NCBI RefSeq assembly: GCF_009914755.1
Contig: NC_060932.1
DNA from: the human T2T-CHM13v2.0 reference genome, Homo sapiens
DNA length: 64,000 nucleotides
Reading direction: 5' to 3' (one strand)
This document shows positions 53,638-64,000 of this stretch, piece after piece. The notes under the pieces are model-generated. The model was not told the origin of the DNA. It made no database searches and was given only the letters and a program-made list of their open reading frames with translations. Numbering within the stretch: position 1 is the stretch's first letter; every line of letters starts with the position of its first letter. Made by a program: the position numbers and the translations under genes.

Positions 53638-54938
53638 TCACACTGTCTGTGAACACAGCAGCCTGGCACACATGCACACACACAAGGTCCCCAGACACCT
53701 GGGGCTATCAGGGCCCATCATATTGTGCAGTCTCTGTGCTCAGGGAGAAGTGGGAACACATAGCCTCAAGAAGCAGAAATGCCAGGCCTCAGTCACAGCC
53801 AGCTCAGTTTCCAGTTCACGGTTTGCATGCTGCTTTGAGCCTTTGCTTTTACAGTTGTTGCCTTTAAAGTTCTGAACATTTGGAGCATGGCTCCCTCTCA
53901 CTAGCAGTGCATCTCTTACCTCAATGCACATCTTTAAATGCGTCTTTTTTCTCTTATCTTTGGCAGCATACACTTGCTTCTGTGAACCACCAGATGACGT
54001 ACATAGGCTAATTTTCATTTGTACCAATGTGAATGCTGACGTACAAAGGGCAATATCAAAGCAGGTCTAGTGTGTTCATCAAGTATTTCTAAACTTTCAT
54101 GATTTTAATTCTTGTTACTACAGTACTTGGATAGGCATACTGCATCTTAAAGACTTTTTTCATGTAACACAGGCATAATGCAATGTGAAGAAAATTATCA
54201 CTGAAAGGAAAACTGTTTCTCCAAATTATGACTTACGTCTACAGTAATGAGAAGCTATTAAAATAGATTTTTGCAAAATCTCTAAGCTGATCTGCTGCTT
54301 AGAATTTTGAGATTTCCCACTGCTCTGCTATTTTCCCATTCTGTACGCACAGCACAGATTCCTGCCAAGCCTATTACAGTGAACAAACAATGTCCTCTCT
54401 GTCAGAACAGAGAATGAATAGTATCACAAAATTCTCCTCTAATGTACAGCCTACATTTCCCTCACCCCAAGCCCTTCAGAAGAGAATAACCAGGATGAGG
54501 ACCGAGGAGGAAAACAGGACTCTCCCCTGGCCAATCTGAAACTGCCTTCCAGAACACTAAGGGCTAGGTAGTATCAACCATATCATATTAACTTCTAAAC
54601 AGAGAAAGTTGACAAGTTTATTTTCTTTTAAGGGGGATCATATGTTTTTGCATTTCTGTGTGCGGGTACACAAATATCTTTATAAGGAAGGAGGTGTTTC
54701 ATCAGATAAAACAAGACAGCTTTTAGCTACAGACTGAGCAGCGACAGGGGAACTTCATAGAAATGACACAGCAATTTGTGCTAAAACATTGGCAGCTAAT
54801 TCATGAATGCCAAAGCTGACTATGAATTCAGCTGCTTCTGTTAAGCCTTTATTCCCACTAAGCTCATGATTCACAAAGAAAGCGCCTAGAGTTACTCCTC
54901 TGAAACCTATAGTATCATGCTGACAGATCCTTCTTTGG

Positions 54939-54981
<43 letters not shown>
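54939..54981. repeat. Compound (CT)n(CA)n microsatellite
   Basis: Visible run. Confidence 0.92.
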
Positions 54982-54982
<1 letters not shown>

Positions 54983-55588
54983 CCCTCCCCACAAGAGGCA
55001 TTAAAGATATGATTTCCAAAACAAGAACTTCATGAAGCATTCCTCACAAACCAATGAAAGGCTTACTAAAGGCTTACTTAGCAGGTATTTTCATAGAAGA
55101 ACATGGAGTTCCTTAAAATCTTTCATACTTGTCTCAGTTGGTGTAAAATATTATGATTCAGGCTTTTCCCTCTTGTGACATGAATACAGCATATATTTTA
55201 TTTTAACCTCTAAAGGAAACTACTCATTTTTTTCCTCATAAAGGATGAAATGTTATTTTCATAATCGAACCCCGCTGGCTTTTGTGTTCACGAGTATCTG
55301 TAACACGAAGAAAAAAGGCCAGCCTCTTCTTTCCTCCTCATTTCCCACACATTTTTCGTACAGCTCAGTGAGCTCCCAGATTCTGATGGCATTCTCCTGG
55401 TAACACATTTAGAAGAGGCTGCAGGATACCCCAACAGCACTGCTTTCTTCTCTCTCTCTCCCTCTCTCTCTTTCTCTTATGTCACTCTAGGTCTGTATGA
55501 GACTAAACAATTAAACCTTTGTGCTGTACCACTGCCATTCAAAAATTCTAGTGATGTGTCCCTTTATTGGTACAATGGTAATATTTAC

Positions 55589-55682
55589 CTTGGAGGAAAT
55601 GTTTGTCCAGTAGAGTATTCCAAGTTCTGGCAATGTATTCCCTTTGAAATGTTGTGGTGAGAGTTCTCTCTTCTTTCTTGGC
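55589..55682 (-). other. PAG1: PAG1 non-coding 5'UTR exon (94 nt)
   Basis: Branch-like ttctaac and a long pyrimidine tract ending ctatag|GCC; donor CAAG|gtaaat. No ATG inside. Size agrees with my recollection of the PAG1 5'UTR exon structure. Confidence 0.8.
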
Positions 55683-57419
55683 CTATAGCCAAAGAGAAGG
55701 AAAGTTAGAAAAAAAGGCAGATGGATATACACTGTGAAAGATACTTGTTCAGTTCACTGTAAAAATGCTAGTGTACTTATGCCAAACACTGAGATTTATA
55801 TTCTTATATTCCTTCCTGAACAAAGCAAACTGAAATGTAGAGGCACAACTATAGACAGTAATAATTAAATAAAAAAATTTCAATAAAGAAAACTTCCTAT
55901 CTCCCCATCCACCCAAAAATTTTTAATAAAAAAGCCACGTAAGTGTCTAATCAAATACAAATCAATTTACTTGCTCTTTCTATATTTTTCCTAGTTTATG
56001 CCAAGTAAACCTCTGTGTTACTACAGTGATACTAAAATTCAAATAACTGTTTTCTGAATTTGAAATAAAACAAGTGATTTATTTGAAAAGAGCATTTATA
56101 CTTTTTGGTAAGGTAAGCTGTGATTCAGTTCTGAAAATTTCTTATTAGAAGGAGACTTTGGTGCAGCGTGAACAGTGTCACCTGGACGACATGCAGATCT
56201 AGCCCCGAGTTGTCCCTTCACGCATTCTGCTGTGGAAATGGGGAAGATGTTCAGAAAAGAGAGGCTACATGGGCGACTTCCCTCGCTCTCCCTCCTGATT
56301 CAACAGCTCCCCAATCCTACCTGTTGTTCTGCTGTTTTTGGTGCCTAGCCCTTCCTCCTGCCCCCTTCCTCTCTAGTTCTCTTCCCATCCTCAAATAAGT
56401 CTCTCCCATATTGAACACTCACTTTACATAAGACACCATGACAAGTGCAGTAAGAAAGGGAGGAGGGGAGAGGGACGGAATGAATGAATGAACGAACGAA
56501 CAAACGGATGAAAGAACGGCTGTGTTTATGCTCTAAGGAGAATATCTTGGCTGTTGACTAAGATTCAGAACCTCTCAATCATTTTAACCAACTGAGGCAT
56601 AATTCCTGATTTCTGACATAACAAACGGAGTGGAACGTGAGCCTTCTAGATTTGCATCTACTGATGTTCTTTTGTTAGAACCACATATTATCATCTTAGA
56701 CTGTGTGTTGCTTTCTCTGATAGCAGAGTCAGCAGAATATTTATATTATCTTGAGGTATATCTATTGTTTCCCTGACAGTTAGAAAGTGAGAAACTGCTG
56801 TCTTTTGTTTGCCACTGCATTTAGCTACATTATTATTTTCTTTTAATAAGTTTAAAAAGATCAGAACAAGACACACAATCATGGGCTGTCTTCTTCTAAG
56901 CCGACTCCAGGTCTTTCTGCTGTCAATCTCATCAACTAGGAGACAGAGCTTCGCTGGGTGCAGGGCTTGATAGACAACTGAGTTCCCAAGCCATCGTTCC
57001 ACTCTTTTATTAGACTTCAAGTCAAGCCTCCTTCTGAACCCCTGCCATGCAGATATATTTAGATGTGGATTCCAACCATAAACCTCTCCACTTTTTCTTG
57101 TCATCATGGTCAATCCAGGGAATTCTCCTGAATTAGCCAGAAATATGAGCAAGATTTAATTATCTAAATCAAATTGCTGCAATTAAAAGGTAAAATTTAA
57201 AGAACTAACAATTTTTTAAAAAATGTCAAATTCTATTAATGTGTATTAAAAATAATGTTTGGATGTGCTTTCTCTATCACCAGATATGAGTAAGATCCTG
57301 ACTTGAAAACTGGAGACAAGATTTGACAGTTAATTTAATAATATAAAAATGGTGCACAGTTTTGAATTTTCAAAATATACATTTTGCGACTTAAAAATAT
57401 TCCAACGAAACAAGGTCAT

Positions 57420-58742
57420 CAAGACACTGTGGTGCAGTCATAAGGATAGACATACAGATCAATACTTTAGCATCCAGGAATAAACCCATATATTTATATT
57501 CCTTCAATTATATGGCCAGTTGAGTTTTTGGCAAGGGTGCCAAGACTATTCAACGGGGAAAGAACAGGCTTTTTCAACAAATGGTTCTGGAACAACTAGA
57601 CAGCCATATATAAAAGAATAAAGTTGGATCCTTAACTCAGACCGCAGAAAAAGTTAATGCAAAATGGATCAAATACCTAAATGTAAAAGCGTAAACTACA
57701 AAACTATTAGAAAAAAAACCAAAGGGCTAAATCTTCATGAGCTCAGATTTGGCAGAGGCATGTGACCCCAAAAGCACAAGCCAACTAGAGAAAAAGCAGA
57801 TAAACTAGATTTCATTAAAATAAAAATATTTGTAATTTAAAGGACAATATTAAGAGAATGAAAAGACAACCCAAAGAATGGGAGAAAATATATGCAAATC
57901 GTATGTGATAAGGGACTTATATATGGAATATATAAATAACTCTTATAACTCAATAATAAAAAGACAACCCAACCAAAAATGGGCAAAGGATCTGAAGAGA
58001 CACTTCTCCAAAAAAGATACACAAATAATCAATAAACACATGAAAAGATGCTCAACATCACAACATAAGTAGCCATCAACAAAGTGCAAATCAACCACAA
58101 TGAGATACCACTTCATACCTTCCTAGTGATTTGCTCTTGGCCATAATAAACACGTCTAAGCTAATAACAAGTGTTAAGAGGATGTAGAGATATCAGAACC
58201 CCATGCCCTGCTGATGGGAATGTAAAATAACGCAGCTGCTTTGAAACAGTCTGTTAGTTCCTCAGAATGTTAAACAGAGAGTTACCATGTGACCCAGCAA
58301 TTCCACTCCCAGGTATATAGCAAAAGAAATGAAACTATACGTCCACACAAAAACTTGCACATAGATATTCACAGAAGCATTACTTGTAATACCCAAAGAA
58401 GTAGAAACAATGCCCCTCAACTGGTGAATGGGTATATACAAAATGTGGTATATCCATACAGAAGAATAGTATTCAGCCATAAAATAGAATAAAATACTGG
58501 TACATGTTACAACATGGATGAACCTTGAAAACATGCTAAGTGAAAGAAACCAGTCACAAAAAAATATTATATGATCCTGTTTATAAGAAATGTCCAAAAT
58601 AGGCAAATACATAGAGATAGAAAGTAGATTTGTGTTCCTTAGGGCTAGGGGAGAAGGGGTGATGAAAATGTCCTAAAATTGATGGTTGCACTTTAAATGG
58701 ATGACTTGTATGGTATGTGAATTGCATCTAAATAAAGCTCTT
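57420..58742 (+). mobile_element. Old L1 (L1MB-like) 3' fragment: ORF2 end plus 3'UTR
   Basis: caagggtgccaagactattcaa...ttcaacaaatgg, gacccagcaattccactcccagg, atggatgaaccttgaaaacat, ending aataaagct. Confidence 0.88.
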
Positions 58743-61447
58743 ATGAAAAATAATATTCCAAGGATTTGGATGTTATAAGTAAGCATCAGTCATTTTTCAG
58801 ATCAGTCTTAAAAAAAAATGGCAAACCCCAAAACAATTTTAGCTGGAATCATGGGAGTTGTTACACTAAGCAGATAACCTAGCTCCATTGCAAACTATCA
58901 TGCCCTGACTGGGACAACTTGAGTATAATTCTGATAGACCAAACACTTCTTCAGGTCTCCTTTCATCTTGCTGATTATTTCCAAAGGTGATAGAGATAAT
59001 TAGGTTATCAGGGTATAGAGATAATAAGGTTAATCACTGCAAATGATTATTGACCCAATCAAACAGAAATCCCATACCTTCAATATTGATTTCTTTTTCC
59101 ACCGAATGGAATTTTAGGACTTCTGATACTGACGATTTAGTCAAACATGACCTCTCCCTGAAACCCACATATCCTGTCCATGGAATGCCACGCCCAGCAG
59201 TTTCTGTTACATCTGGCTCTCTGACAGTTTTCATGAGGACGGTTGGTGACTTCTTAATACTAATGATGACATTCATAAGAAGGCCCAAGCAAGTGAACTC
59301 CAGTTCAGGATGTGTTTTTACCAAACTAACCTGAACTCTTGTTCTGGCTAAAGCCACCCAGCAGAACTGAAACAGAGCTCCATTCTGGGACACTGAAACC
59401 CTGAGGGATGAGATGGGCACCTGACAGATGGCCTGGGCTGAGCCCCCGCTGGCAGTGCTGAGGAGGGTCTAAGGAAAGGAGTGTTTTCTCGAGGTTATAT
59501 CCTAACAGTCTCTTCTGGGGAAGGAGTAATGATGTTGAGAGTGTATCTCCCTGCTATCTGGGTAGACAAATACAGGGATTGAGGAGAACAGACTTCAGCA
59601 ATCTACTCCAAATTCATGTCTGACTTTTAAAAACTGTACCTGGAGGCAAGATAACTACTCAGTATGAGACCAGAATCATGAAACTCAATTACAGATTCTC
59701 AAATTTAAAAGAAACTTAAAGGTCATCCATAAATCAACCCCACTTGATACTTGAATCCTTTCTACAATGTCTGTGACATCTCATCGATAACTGCCATGTC
59801 AAAAGGACTTGGTTAAATAGAACAGTTCAACGTACTGAGCATGGAATGAATCACAGTGCTTGGAATATAGTAATTGCTCAATATTTATTCACTGATTGAG
59901 TGAATTCATTTTAAAAAAATCAGAGTAGGCTCAAGGATGTTGCTATAATAAAACCTCTCTCACTCACAGTCCCTGAAGACAGAGAAGAGAGTAGGATTAC
60001 CGGCTGCTCATGACTGGCATACTGCTGCAGCAATATTTCCCACATGCAAACATCATTCCAGTAAATACAATACTTTATCTATGTTGCAATGGAAATAAAC
60101 CAATAAACAAAACTTAGACCTGCTAATCTACCTATGCTGAATTCCCTGCCACAATAAAGGGCTTCCTCCATCCCAAGGAATCCCTTTCTGTCTCTGAGAA
60201 GTGTTGTTAAATTTGAGCTAGGAGTAAGAAAGGTTCTTCTGTGCTCCAGAGGCTTAGTGGCTTCAACCTTGTTTGAGTCGTGGTTTTAAGGTCTAGGGCC
60301 ATGCAGAGCAAGTCCAATAGTTCCCTGACATGGCAACCCTTCAGATACTGGAAGACACCTATTTAAAGAAGTTCCTCTTCCCCTGCTCTTGAGCTTTCCT
60401 TCTCTATTCCAAAGAATACGATTTCATGTACCACCTGCCATAACTCAAAAGAACACAAAGGCTGCCAGGAGAAGGGAGCGGGTCCCTGGCCAGGTCTGCT
60501 CACAAGAGCAGAGTAGAAGAGCCTGCTGCAGCTACAAAGCCCAACCTGGGAGGGGAGCCCAACAACCAAGCACAACCTCCAAGGAACAAGGCAACATCGA
60601 CCTGATTTAGGAAATAACCCTTATTTGGGTGTCGGTGGTGGCGGTGGGTGGGGATTTTTGGGGCCCAGCTATCGCAGGGAGGCAAAGCTATCAGCAAAGA
60701 GTAAATAGGTTGGTGAAGTCAGGAGGGTCGTCCATTACCATCCTGGAGGTCTAGTCACAGCAACAGAATCTAGCCACTGAGCAGCTACTCAGAGTAAGAG
60801 CCACAGTTCTCAAGAAGATCACCTGGCAAGACCAACACAGACTATGAGACCCAAAGAGGATCTTCAGTCCCAGACGCTTGGTTACACAGACACAGAAACA
60901 GCTGAAACTTGGAAGGCCAAGGAGTAAGGATTATGGGAGCCTGAGAATCATCTTAGGATACCAGAGCCTACATCTGCATGACAATAACATCGCTGGAATG
61001 TGACATAGTCATCCTAGTGTTCACTGGGGCAATAACATCTCAACATGGGAGATTCAGCAAACAAACACAGCTGGCATTGGGCAAGATACTACTGTGGGCG
61101 AGGCACAGAGAGAGTATAATTAGTGATGTGCTCCAGTGGACTGTGGGGTAGGTTTAAACATTTAAAGTGTTTTCTGCTTTAGTCAGAACAAATTCAGATT
61201 TGGGGAGGGCAACGATGGCACATGCAAGAGGAACAAATAGTGAGGGAACAAGGAAGGCAGGAGGAGATGTACTGGGGGCTGGCACTGTCATTTTCTGGAT
61301 GTTCTCTTCTAAAAGATCAAGCTCAAAGGCAATTCTCCAGGTGAAGAAGCACTTCATCAGTGAAGAGTGGAACAGGTCTCTTATTTCTGTCCACCCACAT
61401 TATTTAGAAGGCCAAAGATCACAGAAGCCTTTTTAACAGCTACCCTG

Positions 61448-61552
61448 ACACACATACACACATATATACACATGTGTATATATGTATTAACATATATATA
61501 CATGCATATATACACAGTTATAAACACATATTAACACATGTGTATATACATT
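61448..61552. repeat. (CA/TA)n alternating purine-pyrimidine tract
   Basis: Visible catatatacacatgtgtata-type repeats. Confidence 0.85.
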
Positions 61553-64000
61553 TATATTTGACTAAAATCTAAATTTCTGTGAAATATGATGCTGCTAAGC
61601 TTCATCTCTCCTTACTGTTCCTTTGCAATTTAACTGGGGGAGCAGGGTGTTTATACTGATCCCTGTGACATTTCTGCTTCTTAGATTTGGGTCACTGTGT
61701 TAAATGTCAAGATGGTCCTAATTCTGTTTCCATCAGTTTTTACATCTGCTATCTCTCCCAACTTTGGGGCATGCATTTATACAGTTTTACTCATGTGAGG
61801 CCTAATGTGGACTAAGACTGGATAAAGTTAAAATACCAAAAACCTCTCTTCAGGAAGAGAGCAATTTATTAATCAGTGCTCTCTGGATATGCCTACCAAA
61901 CCAGTTATTAACCCAGCTAATTACACACATTCCTTATTTGTCCAAATACTAAATGTTAGCAATTTGATATACTTTTGGTAGAAAAAAAAATGTATCCTTA
62001 AACTAATGCATGATATTTCTCATTAACCTGTCTGAATTCCCTGACAGGTTTAGTACATTATCAATATAACAGAGATCAACCTCAAAGTACAGATATTTCA
62101 TTGATATTTCAATATTCAGTCCATAGTAATCATGCAAGAAAACTGTATTAAATATGCTCAATGACACAGCAATTAAAGAGGTAGCCAAAGACAATGCATA
62201 TGGGCTATGATGCACTGTGCAATATTGGAAAAACATAACTAACAACGCTTCTGCCTCCCTTATCCTCGGATTCTTGTTTTCATCAGCCGCTCTTCTCCCC
62301 CTGCTAAGCTCCCTCATGTTTCCTGGGGCTGCTTTTTCTTGCTGCTTCTCCCAGCTGTGCCTCTCGTTTTTTCCACTCCCCAGCTGCTTTGGCTCACACT
62401 TTCAGCCTTTCTGGTATTTACTGTGTTAACAGTTCTAGTCTTCATGCCATCTGATGTCTCCTGTTTCATTTTTCACACACTCGAACAGCTGAAATCCCTG
62501 ATGTATGCAAAGCAGCAGTCCATTAAAAGAGGGTTTTCTGGGTTTTATTTTTTTTTCGTTGAGTACAGAAAAAATGGAAGCAGCAAGAAAGAGTAGTTCA
62601 CAGAGCTGCCAAAAGAGGCCACTGTGAAGATAAGATGAAGGCAAAATATAATAATAATCAGATTTCTTTAGGCATCAAAAAGATTATAAGTATGACACCG
62701 GAAAAATAGTTCTTTCTGCAAATCCTCTTCAGTGGTGTGGTTTAATGAAAACTCTGTAATCTCCTTTCCAAGAGGACCATAATTTTCTTGAATTCTAGGA
62801 AGCTGAAGATAAAAATCCTTAACGATGTATCCTTATACTATCTACAACATACAGGACTCAGGTAAGACAGATACAGTTATAATACATACATTGATTTTTT
62901 TAAAATGACATTTTACTAGCAAAAATCTTCTATTTCTAAGCATGCTACCTGGAAAGAGGCTTAAAATGCCATAATTTAGTATAAGCCTTATCCGTATGCA
63001 TCCATCCCAAGTGTGGCTTGGATATGAATTCCTTGCAGTTTCAATATCAGCAGAGAAGTAATCAAATGACCGAAGTGTTCAAAACAGGAAAAGAAATCTT
63101 TCTTGTTGGCACAGAATAGAATAGTTTATAATGTGCAGCACGATGTGTTTAAGAGAAGCTCTATAGCATGCTTCTCAGGCATCTGAATACAAAGTAAGAT
63201 TAGATTCAGTACTTAAATGTTGCTTTAGTGAATAGAAGACATATAAATTGACTCCTCTAATTATTAGCTTATAAATTGATAGTAAAATACAGAATTTAAA
63301 ACATCTTCTTTTAGGCAATGTAAATAAGCATGAGATAATAGCCAGCACAACTACAGAGGATATTCATTCAGTCATTTGTTCATTTTCTTTATTCACCTCT
63401 CAATGTTATTTCCTTGCTTATGAATACAATGAACAAAAAGTAAATATTATTCCAGTCCTTTCCACTCTGCACATTTAGGAACTTTCTTTTGGACTGGGAC
63501 TTTAGCTGTCATTTATAGAGCTTTGATTGTCTTGGCCTAATGCACATGCCCTATCCTGCCATTGTGCATCATGGGCAGCTAACTGGGTAGCCACCTGGAA
63601 CACCGGGTTGTCTCTCACAAAGCCTCAGGTCTGCCTCAGGCATTTCCTGATGAGAAACAGTTCTCTGACTTCTAAGTTATCTAATCTGGGGATCACTCAA
63701 GGGGTTATGGGGTTGGAGGGTTGCTGCCCCAGCAGAAGTTGTGTGAATGGGTATGCATGTCGGCGGGGAGGGGCAGGCAAGAAAGACTTCCCTTTCCCCA
63801 GGAAGCCGAGAAAGTTGTGGGGTCAGTAACTAACTTGAAGTCTGCCCAGGTATGTGTTTGAGATGCCAAACATTCACAAAAATCTGCTGTGAAGTTCCTC
63901 TGCTATGAAAAGTCCCAGCCACGGGGTAACTTCCCAGCCACAGAAAGGACCCTGGCCTCCGTTCTTGGGGTTCTGCAAAACTGGCTGGGCTGTTTGTGTT

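Noticed and set aside
56691-57152. 153-aa minus-strand ORF
   Set aside because: Non-ATG start, no recognisable homology and no supporting splice structure.
57837-58612. ORFs resembling L1 ORF2 pieces
   Set aside because: Degenerate old L1 fragment.

Overview
This is a eukaryotic, primate sequence (human-like; it contains an AluY). It covers the 3' part of the PAG1 (Cbp/PAG, Csk-binding transmembrane adaptor) gene on the minus strand. All six coding exons are present: 18824-18700, 17126-17075, 13062-12966, 10973-10372, 6090-6031 and 2502-2140. They have canonical GT-AG boundaries and splice to 432 codons plus a stop. The window also holds a 94-nt 5'UTR exon (55682-55589) and the first ~2.1 kb of the 3'UTR. 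The rest is intron rich in Alu, MIR, L2, L1, MaLR (a full-length THE1B-type element, a solo THE1 LTR, MLT1 LTRs) and DNA-transposon fossils. Nearly all other ORFs in the track are spurious or repeat-derived. I found no novel multi-gene system. The best leads are: a candidate intronic-polyadenylation isoform lacking the Csk-binding Y317 and the PDZ tail, a 44-nt patch in an Alu apparently copied from a MIR 1.2 kb away, an in-frame tandem acceptor, a possible stop-readthrough extension, a nested palindrome/duplication, a perfect 57-bp duplication and ARE/MARE motif clusters. Repeat subfamilies were assigned by eye from remembered consensus sequences, and their boundaries are approximate.
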